Positions 26,924 through 36,587 of a stretch of 64,000 nt of DNA are shown here, piece by piece. Numbering within the stretch: the stretch's first letter is position 1; each line of letters opens with the position of its first letter. A program made the position numbers and the translations under genes. Source of the stretch: Candidatus Levyibacteriota bacterium (lineage in GTDB: Bacteria; Patescibacteriota; Microgenomatia; Levybacterales; UBA12049); contig JAJDCG010000001.1 in assembly GCA_029260965.1 (NCBI GenBank), forward strand, positions 445,803-509,802, written 5' to 3'. The notes beneath the pieces were generated by a model. The model ran no database searches. It saw only the letters and a list, made by a program, of their open reading frames with translations, and had not been told where the DNA came from.

Positions 26924-28606
26924 ATGAATTGGCGCTATAGAATAATCCTTTACTTTTTTCTGTTTGCTTTTTTTCTCGTTGCAGTCAGGCTTTTTTACTG
27001 GCAAGTGGTGAGGGCTGAGGAGTTGAGCAACATGGGGCGCGCGCAGTATGGTAGGCAAGTTTTGTTGTCTGCAAAACGTGGGGAAATCAAGACTTCTGAT
27101 AGCTATTCTATAGCTGCAAATAAAATTTTATATCTTCTTTTTGCTAATCCTAAACTAATTAAAGACAAAGAGGATTTGTCAAAAAGGCTGTCTTTATATA
27201 TTAATGAGGATGAGGCGACAATCAGTGCAGCACTTAAGTATGAAGATAGATATTGGGTTCCTGTCAAAAGCAAACTAGACAGTAAAATAAAAGAAAAAAT
27301 TGACAGCTTGAGTCTTCCAGGTATTGGATTTGAGGAGCAATCTGTGAGGTTTTATCCAGAAGCATCACTGGCTGCAAAAGTGCTTGGATTTGTGGGAAAG
27401 GATGAGTATGGTTCAGATAAAGGTTATTTCGGCTTGGAGGGCTTTTATGATCGTCAGCTTCGCGGGAAATCTGAGCTAGCAGTTGTGATCCAAGATGCTA
27501 CAGGGCGTCCTATTTTGTCTAAGCTTGAGGATGTCTCTGGAAAATCCGATGGGCGCAGCCTAATTCTTCATATGGATAGGAGTATTCAGTTTTTATTGGA
27601 CGGTATTCTAAAAGAAAGTGTTTTGAAATACGGCGCAAAAGGAGCAATGGCTGCAGTAATGGATCCCAAAACAGGTGGAATTATCGCTATGTCATCACAT
27701 CCCACATTTGACCCCAGAGAGTATGAAAAGTACTCAGATGATTTCTACAAAAATCCGTTTATTACTGATACTTATGAACCTGGATCTACATTTAAGCCTT
27801 TAATTATGGCAGCAGCGCTTGATGCAGGTCTTGTGAAAGCAGATACGAAATGTAATATTTGTGCAAAACCTGTGGAAATAGGAGGATACACTATAGAGAC
27901 TTGGAATGATAAATATGCTGCAAACTCAACAATGGCAGATGTCATAAAAAATTCTGATAATACAGGCATGGTATTTGTGGGACAAAAACTTGGACTTGAT
28001 CTGATGATAAGCTATCTTGAAAAATTCGGTTTTGGTCAAATGACTGACATAGATCTTCAGGGTGAGGTAACACCACAAATAAGACCTAGAGATAGTTGGT
28101 ATCCAATTGATCTGGCAACAGCAAGTTTTGGTCAAGGAATATCTGTTACTCCAATTGAGCTTTTGACTGCATTTTCAGCAATTGCTAATGGCGGTAAGAG
28201 AATGGAACCGCATATGGTTGCAAGAATAGAAACACCAGATGGCGAAATTATAGATATTGAGCCGAAAATTTTGAGTCGGCCTATATCAGAACGTGCTGCA
28301 AAGATAACAACAGAAATGATGGTTAATGCGGTAAATAATGGTGAGTCCAAATACTTAAAGCCAGAAGGCTATAGAGTAGCTGGAAAGACGGGAACCGCAC
28401 AGATTCCTGTTGAGGGTCATTATGATCCAAATAAAACTATTGCGTCATTTGTGGGGTTTGCGCCAGCAGATGATCCAGCATTTTTGATGTTGGTTGTGGT
28501 TGATAGACCTAGCACGTCAATATATGGATCTGAAACTGCGGCACCGATATTTTTTGAGGCAGCACAAAAGATACTTACGTACTATGGCATATCACCTACA
28601 GAATAG
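26924..28606 (+). CDS. ftsI: Class B penicillin-binding protein (FtsI/SpoVD-like)
   Basis: Start placed at MNWRY; RGEI, RFYP, EPGSTFK (SxxK), SDN (SxN), GKTGTAQ. Confidence 0.9.
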   Translation: MNWRYRIILYFFLFAFFLVAVRLFYWQVVRAEELSNMGRAQYGRQVLLSAKRGEIKTSDSYSIAANKILYLLFANPKLIKDKEDLSKRLSLYINEDEATISAALKYEDRYWVPVKSKLDSKIKEKIDSLSLPGIGFEEQSVRFYPEASLAAKVLGFVGKDEYGSDKGYFGLEGFYDRQLRGKSELAVVIQDATGRPILSKLEDVSGKSDGRSLILHMDRSIQFLLDGILKESVLKYGAKGAMAAVMDPKTGGIIAMSSHPTFDPREYEKYSDDFYKNPFITDTYEPGSTFKPLIMAAALDAGLVKADTKCNICAKPVEIGGYTIETWNDKYAANSTMADVIKNSDNTGMVFVGQKLGLDLMISYLEKFGFGQMTDIDLQGEVTPQIRPRDSWYPIDLATASFGQGISVTPIELLTAFSAIANGGKRMEPHMVARIETPDGEIIDIEPKILSRPISERAAKITTEMMVNAVNNGESKYLKPEGYRVAGKTGTAQIPVEGHYDPNKTIASFVGFAPADDPAFLMLVVVDRPSTSIYGSETAAPIFFEAAQKILTYYGISPTE

Positions 28607-28638
28607 AATTATAAATTAGAAATTAAGGGGTAATTGCT

Positions 28639-28974
28639 TTATAAAATTTTTGCGCCGTTTGGGGTCTTAGATTTTGGTTTGAGTGGCGATGGTATACCAT
28701 TTTTGCCATCGGCTGCCAATAGCATCCCTTCTGAGAGTTCTCCCATCATCTTGCGTGGTTCTAGGTTGATCACAAAAACGAATTGTCTGTTCTTTAGATT
28801 CTGAGGCTTGTGCCATTGTTTTATGCCAGAGAGGATATTACGTTTTCCCTCATCGCCGAAATCAACAGTTAACCTGAGTAGTTTATCAGAGCCTTCTTTT
28901 TCGACGCATTCTATAATCGTGCCGACTCTCATATCAAGTTTGGTAAAATCATCAATTGTAATAACCCCCTTCAT
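28639..28974 (-). CDS. Stand-alone tRNA-binding OB-fold protein (Trbp111/CsaA/MetRS C-terminal-like)
   Basis: ITIDDFTKLDMRVGTI, DKLLRLTVDFG, NLEPRKMMGELSEGMLLAA; start placed after TGCTACAAT. Confidence 0.88.
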   Translation of the reverse strand: MKGVITIDDFTKLDMRVGTIIECVEKEGSDKLLRLTVDFGDEGKRNILSGIKQWHKPQNLKNRQFVFVINLEPRKMMGELSEGMLLAADGKNGIPSPLKPKSKTPNGAKIL

Positions 28975-29039
28975 GAGTTTATTGTAGCACACTATTTAGG
29001 AATAACACCTCATATTTTGATATACTATACAGGCTGATT

Positions 29040-30278
29040 ATGTGGCAAAGGGTAAAAAATCATTATCATCTCGGGCAGGCAATCTTAGCAAACCTTTTGT
29101 ACTGGTTTCCATCAAGGAAGTTGAAAGTAATAGGAGTCACTGGTACAGACGGTAAGACCACTACCTCAAGTATGATTTATCATATTCTTGATAATGCAGG
29201 TTATAAGGCTGCGCTAATCTCATCAGTAGGTGCTGTTATAAATAATAATGCATCAGACATTGGTTTTCATGTTACAACTCCCGGTAGGTTTGCTCTTCAG
29301 TCATATTTGAAAAAATCCAAAAAACAAGGCGTAGAGTATGTAGTTATTGAACTGACTTCTCACGCGCTTGATCAGTATAGGGCATATGGCATACCAGTTG
29401 AAGTGGGAGTTCTCACTAATATATCAAATGAGCATTTGGATTATCATAAGACTTATGAAAAGTATGTGAAGGCAAAAGCAAGACTTTTCAAGATTTCAAA
29501 AATTGTTGTTTTAAACAAGGATGATAAATCATATGAAATGGTAAAAAAATATGTAAAAAACAAAAAAGTAATAACCTATGGTCTAGGTAAGAGTTCAGAT
29601 GTAAATCCGAGTAATTTTTTATTCAAAGTAAAACTTATAGGGAAGTTCAATATGTATAATAGTCTTGCAGCAGTATCAGCATTAAGATCTATAAAAATGT
29701 CTGATGCTCAGATTAGAAAGGGGATTGAGAGCTTTAGGCTCCCTGCAGGTCGACAAGAAATAATATACGACAAAGAGTTTTTAGTGATAAATGATTTTGC
29801 ACATACTCCAAATTCTTTTTTGAGTGTTATTCCTGAGATAAAAAAACTTTCTAAAGGTAAGCTCATACATGTTTTTGGAGCTGCTGCAAAAAGAGATACC
29901 TATAAACGCTCAGAAATGGGAAAAATATCTTCGGAAAGTGCAGACATAATAATTTTGACAGCAGAAGATTCAAGGGGTGAAAGTGTTGAGGAGATTAATA
30001 AAGAGATAATTAGTGGTATTAAAAATTTGGAATTCGAAACTATCAACTTGAAACAATTTAAAAATACTCAAATACAAAAAAATAAAAAATATGTTTTTAG
30101 CATTCCAAACAGAAAAGAAGCGATAAAATTTGCTATAGCTATTGCTCAAAAAGGTGATGTAGTTCTACTAACAGGAAAAGGACACGAGAAGTCAATTAAT
30201 TATGGTAGAGGTGAGGAACCGTGGAATGAAAGCATGGTTGCCCTTGAGGCAATAAAGCAAATAAGAACAAAAGGTTAA
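29040..30278 (+). CDS. murE: UDP-MurNAc-tripeptide synthetase (Mur ligase), lacking the N-terminal domain
   Basis: GVTGTDGKTTT, TTP, ELTSH, EHLDYH, DFAHTP, GKGHE. Confidence 0.88.
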   Translation: MWQRVKNHYHLGQAILANLLYWFPSRKLKVIGVTGTDGKTTTSSMIYHILDNAGYKAALISSVGAVINNNASDIGFHVTTPGRFALQSYLKKSKKQGVEYVVIELTSHALDQYRAYGIPVEVGVLTNISNEHLDYHKTYEKYVKAKARLFKISKIVVLNKDDKSYEMVKKYVKNKKVITYGLGKSSDVNPSNFLFKVKLIGKFNMYNSLAAVSALRSIKMSDAQIRKGIESFRLPAGRQEIIYDKEFLVINDFAHTPNSFLSVIPEIKKLSKGKLIHVFGAAAKRDTYKRSEMGKISSESADIIILTAEDSRGESVEEINKEIISGIKNLEFETINLKQFKNTQIQKNKKYVFSIPNRKEAIKFAIAIAQKGDVVLLTGKGHEKSINYGRGEEPWNESMVALEAIKQIRTKG

Positions 30279-30284
30279 TTGAAT

Positions 30285-30932
30285 ATGGATATTTTTAAAT
30301 TTAAATTACTTGAAAAAGAATCTGACATAAAGCATGGTATTTCGACTAAGGCCTTTGGAAGTATGAAGAAATCTGACAATTCCTTGAGTAGAAAAAATAT
30401 TGAAAGTTTTCTTGAAAAATTAAATATGCCAAAGAACGCAGTTTGTATGCATCAGGTGCATGGATCACGAGTAGGAGTTGTAGAAAATAGTCAAGTATGG
30501 CAGATCCAGGATGTTGACGGATTGATAACAAATAAAAAAAATATTCCACTCTGTGTAGTTGTGGCTGATTGTTTGCCTTTATTTTTTTATGATAGAAAAA
30601 AAGAAGTAATAGGAATAGGACATGGTGGCAGAAGGGGAATAGAACTTGGACTTGTTGAAAACATGATAAGCAAAATCAGATCAGAGTTTGGGTCAAGCCC
30701 TGCGGATATAGTAATTGGTATAGGACCTGGGATTGAACAAGAATGTTATGAGGTTGATGGTGTTTTTATGGATTTGCGGAAAATAGTAATTGATAAGCTT
30801 TTGCTTGCAGGAGTTGAAAAAGGGAATATCGAAAGTATGGATATGTGCACAAAAGATAACCCCGAGCTTTTTTATTCATACCGTGCAGGGGACGTTTTCA
30901 AGCGGTTTATAGGAATTATTTCGCTAATATGA
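30285..30932 (+). CDS. pgeF: Peptidoglycan editing factor / laccase-domain protein
   Basis: HQVHG, DGLIT, ADCLP, HGGRRG, IGPGI..CYEV, YSYR. Confidence 0.88.
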   Translation: MDIFKFKLLEKESDIKHGISTKAFGSMKKSDNSLSRKNIESFLEKLNMPKNAVCMHQVHGSRVGVVENSQVWQIQDVDGLITNKKNIPLCVVVADCLPLFFYDRKKEVIGIGHGGRRGIELGLVENMISKIRSEFGSSPADIVIGIGPGIEQECYEVDGVFMDLRKIVIDKLLLAGVEKGNIESMDMCTKDNPELFYSYRAGDVFKRFIGIISLI

Positions 30933-32344
30933 AAAAATTAAAAATACATTTTACAGGAATAAAAGGAGTTGGCATGACGCCTCTAGCAATTATTGCAAAA
31001 GAAGCAGGTTTCTCAGTAACAGGCTCTGATATCGGTGAGGAATTTATAACCGATAAGGCTTTGGAAACAGTCGGTATTCATGTAAACAAAGGGTTTGCAG
31101 AAGAAAATGTAGGAGAATCTGACCTCCTAATTACAACAACAGCACATGGTGGATTAAATAATCCTGAGGTAGTTTTTGCAATATCCAAAAATATAAAAGT
31201 TGTTACACAGGGTGAAGCTGTTGGTTTATTTATGAAAGGCGAAATATTTGGAAAAGAGTTTAGGGGAATTTCAGTTGCTGGTACACATGGCAAGACAACT
31301 ACAACTGGTATGATAGCAACTATTTTTAAATCAGCAGAATATGACCCTTCTTATGTGATAGGCACTGGAGATGTGGGTTCGCTAGGACTACCAGGGCATT
31401 TTGGAAAAGGTAAGTATTTTATAGCGGAGGCAGACGAGTATGCTGTTGATCCCAAAAATAATAAGACAGCTAAATTCCTTTTGCAAAAACCAAACATTGC
31501 TGTAATCACAAATGTAGAGTTTGATCATCCAGACATCTACTTATCTATAGATGAGTTGAAAAGCGCCTTTTCTGTATTCGCAAATCAGGTAACCGAAAAA
31601 GGTGTGCTTGTCGTGTGTGGTGATGATCACGAAATAAAAAGTTTGTCAATAGAAAATAAAAATAAAGTAATTACATATGGATTTAATCTAGAAAATGATT
31701 ATGTAATAAAACGCGTTAGCCCTTCAGGAGATAGCACTTTTTTTTGGGTTAGTGTAGGGGGTGCTGATTTAGGAGAATTTATGATCGGTGTTGCTGGTGA
31801 GCACAATGTGCAAAATGCTTTGGCGTCAATTATTGTTTCGCTTGAGTCAGGTCTTTCAATTGATGAAATAAAAAAGGGAATAAAAAAGTTTGTTGGTTCA
31901 AGAAGAAGACTTGAATTTATGGGTATGCTTGGAAGCGGAGCTTTGGTTTATGATGACTATGCTCATCACCCGACTGAGATAAAAAAGACGTTATCATCCT
32001 TAAAGCTTAGGTATCCCAGAAAAAAGATAATCTGTATCTTTCAACCACATACATATTCTCGTACAAAAAAATTGTTTGATGAGTTTATTAGATCATTTTC
32101 AGGTGTTGAAACCGTATTGGTAACAGATATATATACATCTCTAAGAGAGGAGCCTGATTCGTCTGTTTCTTCAAAAATCTTATGTGAAGAAATAAATAAG
32201 TTTAACAAGGAGGCTATCTACCTCCCATCACTTTCTGATGTGATAAAATATCTCGATAAAACAAAGCCTCGCTCAGATAATATTATTGTCACAATGGGTG
32301 CAGGAGACATATATAAAATTCATTCTGAATTAAGTTTTGAATAA
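30929..32344 (+). CDS. murC: UDP-N-acetylmuramate--L-alanine ligase
   Basis: HFTGIKGVGM, AGTHGKTTTT, EADEY, DDYAHHPTEI, FQPHTYSRT, MGAGDI. Confidence 0.95.
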   Translation: MKKLKIHFTGIKGVGMTPLAIIAKEAGFSVTGSDIGEEFITDKALETVGIHVNKGFAEENVGESDLLITTTAHGGLNNPEVVFAISKNIKVVTQGEAVGLFMKGEIFGKEFRGISVAGTHGKTTTTGMIATIFKSAEYDPSYVIGTGDVGSLGLPGHFGKGKYFIAEADEYAVDPKNNKTAKFLLQKPNIAVITNVEFDHPDIYLSIDELKSAFSVFANQVTEKGVLVVCGDDHEIKSLSIENKNKVITYGFNLENDYVIKRVSPSGDSTFFWVSVGGADLGEFMIGVAGEHNVQNALASIIVSLESGLSIDEIKKGIKKFVGSRRRLEFMGMLGSGALVYDDYAHHPTEIKKTLSSLKLRYPRKKIICIFQPHTYSRTKKLFDEFIRSFSGVETVLVTDIYTSLREEPDSSVSSKILCEEINKFNKEAIYLPSLSDVIKYLDKTKPRSDNIIVTMGAGDIYKIHSELSFE

Positions 32345-32346
32345 GT

Positions 32347-33675
32347 ATGGAAAAGTTGATTATAAAAGGAGGTAATAGATTAACAGGAGAGGTGAGGGTG
32401 TTGGGTGCAAAGAACGCAGCGCTTAAGGCGCTTGTTGCTGCCTGCATGACAGAAGAGAGGGTGATCATTAGAAATGTACCTCTGATTGCAGATGTTTTTG
32501 TAATGATTGAGATAATGAGGGATCTTGGCGCAGTAGTATCCATGAAAGGGCATGCTGTTGAAATAGAAATGAAAAAGTTTTCATCCTCTACAATACCTCT
32601 TGATAAAGCAGTTCTTGCCCGTACATCATCTATGTTTTTAGCACCACTTCTATCTCGGGTTGGTCAGGCGAGTATACCAAATCCAGGAGGATGCAGGCTT
32701 GGTGCCAGACCGATAAATAGAACTATTGATGGGGTAAAAAAACTAAATGTTGACATAGGCTATTATAGTGAAGATGGTTATTTTCGTTGCAAAACAGATG
32801 GTTTGAGGGGTGCACTTTATACTTTCCCTAAAAATACACATACAGGAACAGAGACAATGATACTTTCTGCAGTACTAGCAAAGGGTAAGACCATTCTTCG
32901 AAACGCTGCTGAAGAACCAGAGATTGATGATCTTATAAAGCTGCTCAATAAAATGGGAGCCAAGATAAAAAGAACTGCACCAAGGGAGATAACGATAGAT
33001 GGGGTTGAGAAGCTCAATGGAACAGAATATGAGATTGGCCCGGACAGGATTGAGGTAGTTACTTTTGCGATCGCTGCTATTTTGACTAAGGGTGATATCT
33101 TTGTAAAAGACGCACAGGGGGCTGAGATTGGTGATTTTTTAGCAAAATTGAAAAAGACAGGCGCAGGTTTTGAGATTAAAAATGATGGGATAAGATTTTA
33201 CGGCAATGGCACACTCAAGGCAACTGATATTACAACAGGAATCCACCCTGGTTTTTTGACTGATTGGCAGGCACCATGGGCTGTTCTTATGACGCAGGCA
33301 GATGGGGAATCCATAATTCATGAAACAGTTTTTGAAAATAAACTTGGCTACATAGCTGATCTTAAAAAGATGGGCGCCAACGCAAAGCTTTTTAATCCTG
33401 AAGTAAAAGACTCTGAAAACATATATAATTTTAATTTGGAGGATGATAGTCCTGAGTACTTTCACGCAGTTAAAATAAAAGGACCTAAAAAACTTCATAA
33501 TGCCGTGATGACAATGCACGATATCCGAGCTGGGGCTGCAGTAGTTCTTGCGGCATTGATAGCAAGTGGCACCTCGACAATTTTTGGGGTTGAGAAATTA
33601 GATCGTGGATATGAAGTATTGGATAAAAGACTTGAGATGCTTGGTGCAGAAATAAAGAGAGTTGAGGAGGAATAA
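32347..33675 (+). CDS. murA: UDP-N-acetylglucosamine 1-carboxyvinyltransferase
   Basis: GAKNAAL, PGGCRLGARP (catalytic Cys kept), NAAEEPEI, PDRIE, DIRAG, DRGYE. Confidence 0.95.
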   Translation: MEKLIIKGGNRLTGEVRVLGAKNAALKALVAACMTEERVIIRNVPLIADVFVMIEIMRDLGAVVSMKGHAVEIEMKKFSSSTIPLDKAVLARTSSMFLAPLLSRVGQASIPNPGGCRLGARPINRTIDGVKKLNVDIGYYSEDGYFRCKTDGLRGALYTFPKNTHTGTETMILSAVLAKGKTILRNAAEEPEIDDLIKLLNKMGAKIKRTAPREITIDGVEKLNGTEYEIGPDRIEVVTFAIAAILTKGDIFVKDAQGAEIGDFLAKLKKTGAGFEIKNDGIRFYGNGTLKATDITTGIHPGFLTDWQAPWAVLMTQADGESIIHETVFENKLGYIADLKKMGANAKLFNPEVKDSENIYNFNLEDDSPEYFHAVKIKGPKKLHNAVMTMHDIRAGAAVVLAALIASGTSTIFGVEKLDRGYEVLDKRLEMLGAEIKRVEEE

Positions 33676-33678
33676 TTT

Positions 33679-34452
33679 ATGAAATTAGCACAAAATAGAA
33701 ACCTAGGTGCAATTATATTAGCTGCAGGAAAAGGAAAAAGAATGAACTCGACTGACAAGAATAAAGTTACACTTTCTCTTGTCGATAAACCAATAATTCT
33801 GCATATTGTAAAATTTATGAAAAAGCTTGCAGCATCAAGTATTGTAGTGGTGGTTGGTTTTGCGAAGGAATCAGTTATGAAAGTTCTGGAAGGTGAAAAT
33901 GTGATTTTTGCAATACAAAAAGATCTTCTTGGTACAGGTCATGCAACAAGAGTGGCGCTTAAGAAATTACCCAAAAATATCACAGATGTGATTGTTGTTT
34001 ATGGAGATGACGGAGTAATATATATAGATAAGCACCTTCCGATAATCAATAGTCTTTTTGAAAAACATTTTCAAACAAATTCGGAGTTTAGTTTTTTAAC
34101 GATTGAAAAGGATGATCCAACAGGACTTGGGAGAATAGTAAGAGACAAAAAGGGCAAGCTGCAGGAAATTGTTGAGGAAAAAGATGCAGATCTTGAGCAA
34201 AAGAAAATAAAAGAAATTAACCCTGGTTGTTTTATTTTTAAAGTTTCTTTCCTGAACAAATATTTGCCAAAATTAGAAAAAAGCAATGCAACAGGTGAGT
34301 ATTATTTAACCAGTTTAATAGATGTTGCAATAAATAACATGGAGAAAGTAGAGACCCTAAGAGGAGGAAAGATGGTTTGGCGTGGTGTAAATACGCGGGA
34401 AGAACTTGAAGAAGCAGAAAGGCTGTATCGATCTTATTTGAAAGATCGCTAG
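33679..34452 (+). CDS. GlmU-like nucleotidyltransferase (uridylyltransferase domain only)
   Basis: ILAAGKGKRM, Q..LLGTGHA, GRIVRD, IVEEKDA, GEYYLT, GVNTREEL; ends before any hexapeptide acetyltransferase domain. Confidence 0.85.
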   Translation: MKLAQNRNLGAIILAAGKGKRMNSTDKNKVTLSLVDKPIILHIVKFMKKLAASSIVVVVGFAKESVMKVLEGENVIFAIQKDLLGTGHATRVALKKLPKNITDVIVVYGDDGVIYIDKHLPIINSLFEKHFQTNSEFSFLTIEKDDPTGLGRIVRDKKGKLQEIVEEKDADLEQKKIKEINPGCFIFKVSFLNKYLPKLEKSNATGEYYLTSLIDVAINNMEKVETLRGGKMVWRGVNTREELEEAERLYRSYLKDR

Positions 34453-34475
34453 CAAATGAGGTATAATAGATAGGT

Positions 34476-35483
34476 ATGGAGCGATTTCTCGGGCTTATTA
34501 TATCATCAGCAGTAATTACAGCTATCCTGCTTGTGCCATTTATTGATTTTCTCTACCGCATTAAGCTGAGGCGTGCAAATCAAACCACCAAAGATATTTT
34601 TAATAAAAGAACACCTATTTTTGATAAATATAATGCATGGAAGGTGGGAACTCCATTTGGCGGTGGCATATTGATTGTTCTTATTGTAACCATCTGGACA
34701 TTTTGGGCTTATGGTGTCTTTAATACCAGGGTTGTTCCATGGGAACTTTTTGTTATCTTCTTCTCATTTATAAGTTTTGGTCTGTTGGGATTTTATGACG
34801 ACTTCAAAAAATTGGTAGGAGGCAGTGAGGGATTTTTCGGTCTTAGATTCAGATATAAATTTATTATTCAGATAATACTTGCGCTTATTATCTCAACTGT
34901 TTTTTATTTTCAACTTGGTTATGATTTTATATTTATTCATGGTTTTGGGCAATTACCTCTAGGTTTTCTTTTCGTTCCATTTGGCGCACTTGTCATAGTT
35001 TCTTTTGTTAATGCATTCAATATTACAGATGGTTTAGATGGTTTGGCATCGGGTCTTTTTTTCATCTGCCTTGCTGCATTTCTGGTTATAAATTCTGCGC
35101 AAATTGACGAGTCACTGGGCATGTTTATATCTGTGATGATGGGATCAGTTATGGCGTTTTTATATTTTAATATTTATAAGGCTAGGATTTGGCTAGGAGA
35201 TGTAGGATCGCTTTCGCTTGGTGCAGCACTCGCTGTGATTGGTCTTCTGACTGGAAAGGTTTTGGCATTGGTAGTAATAGGCGGTGTGTTTGTAATTGAA
35301 GCAGGGTCATCTCTTATCCAGCTTCTTGGTAAGAAATATCTTGGTCGCAAGATTTTTCCTGCCGCACCGTTACATCTGTACTTGCAAAAAAGGGGTTGGG
35401 AGGAGCCCAAGATTGTTATGCGCGCTTGGCTCGCAGGATTTTTCCTGGCAATTTTAGGTATTTTTGTTGCGTTTATTAGATGA
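34476..35483 (+). CDS. mraY: Phospho-N-acetylmuramoyl-pentapeptide transferase
   Basis: GTPFGGG, YDDFKK, NAFNITDGLDGL, LGDVGS, APLH..GWEEPK. Confidence 0.94.
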   Translation: MERFLGLIISSAVITAILLVPFIDFLYRIKLRRANQTTKDIFNKRTPIFDKYNAWKVGTPFGGGILIVLIVTIWTFWAYGVFNTRVVPWELFVIFFSFISFGLLGFYDDFKKLVGGSEGFFGLRFRYKFIIQIILALIISTVFYFQLGYDFIFIHGFGQLPLGFLFVPFGALVIVSFVNAFNITDGLDGLASGLFFICLAAFLVINSAQIDESLGMFISVMMGSVMAFLYFNIYKARIWLGDVGSLSLGAALAVIGLLTGKVLALVVIGGVFVIEAGSSLIQLLGKKYLGRKIFPAAPLHLYLQKRGWEEPKIVMRAWLAGFFLAILGIFVAFIR

Positions 35484-36550
35484 GAAAAATTGAGCTTGCC
35501 CACCTTGTTGTTTTGGTGCTTGTAACCCTTTTTGGGCTGCTTATGGTGTATGATTCCTCATCGGTTATTGCATTTGAACAATTTGGTGATAAATATAATT
35601 ACATAAAAGATCAGTTAGTATGGGCAATGATTGGTTATACTGGGTTCATATTTTTTTACTTTTTTGACTATCGCAAACTTTTTAACTTCGCATTACCCGC
35701 ACTTCTTGGTGCGTTAGTTCTGCTGTTTTTGGTTTTTATCCCTGGAATCGGATCGGAAGCTAAGGGTGCAAGTCGTTGGATAAATATCGCATCATTTAGG
35801 TTGCAGCCTGCAGAATTCGTAAAACTATCACTCGCTTTATATTTTGCAGCATGGTTTTCTCAAAAAGAAAAGGGTAGATTTCTGGCTTTTTCTCTTCTCC
35901 TTGGAGCCATACTTCTTCTCGTGATGTTGCAACCGGATATGGGAACCGCATCGATTATACTCGTTGAGGCGATAACTGTTTATTTTCTCTCAGGAGGAAG
36001 CCTTCTTTATTTTGCTGCTGCGATTCCCGTGATCTTAGGAGGAGGTTATTTGCTTATCAAATCAGCTCCATACAGAGCTGCGCGTCTTGCAAGTTTTTTG
36101 CAAGTTGATAGATCAATTGAGGATGCTTCATACCACGTACGCCAAATACTTATTGCTCTTGGGTCTGGTGGTTTATTTGGTTTGGGGGTTGGGAATTCGA
36201 TTCAAAAATATTCGTATCTCCCAGAAAGTGTGACTGATTCAATTTTTCCTATTATCGCAGAAGAATTTGGATTTGTAGGTTCTTTGATTTTGATCTTGGC
36301 ACTAATGTTTATTGTCTGGCGTGGGTTTTATATCGCTGCAACAGCGCGAGATAAATTTGGTAAACTTCTGGCTGGTGGAATTATGTCATTTATTGGTGCA
36401 CAAATTCTCATAAACCTGGCAGCTATGACGATCTTGCTTCCTCTGACAGGCGTGCCTCTTCCATTCATTTCCTATGGCGGATCAGCTCTCATCGTTAACC
36501 TCTCGGCAATGGGAATAGTCTTTAACATCTCTCGCCAATCTCATTATTAG
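35480..36550 (+). CDS. ftsW: SEDS peptidoglycan polymerase FtsW
   Basis: GASRWI, QPAEFVK, QPDMGT, GGLFGLG.GNSIQK, LPLTGVPLPFISYGGS. Confidence 0.94.
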   Translation: MRKIELAHLVVLVLVTLFGLLMVYDSSSVIAFEQFGDKYNYIKDQLVWAMIGYTGFIFFYFFDYRKLFNFALPALLGALVLLFLVFIPGIGSEAKGASRWINIASFRLQPAEFVKLSLALYFAAWFSQKEKGRFLAFSLLLGAILLLVMLQPDMGTASIILVEAITVYFLSGGSLLYFAAAIPVILGGGYLLIKSAPYRAARLASFLQVDRSIEDASYHVRQILIALGSGGLFGLGVGNSIQKYSYLPESVTDSIFPIIAEEFGFVGSLILILALMFIVWRGFYIAATARDKFGKLLAGGIMSFIGAQILINLAAMTILLPLTGVPLPFISYGGSALIVNLSAMGIVFNISRQSHY

Positions 36551-36587
36551 ATTAGATAAACTCCTTCTCAGTTGATATAATCCAAGT

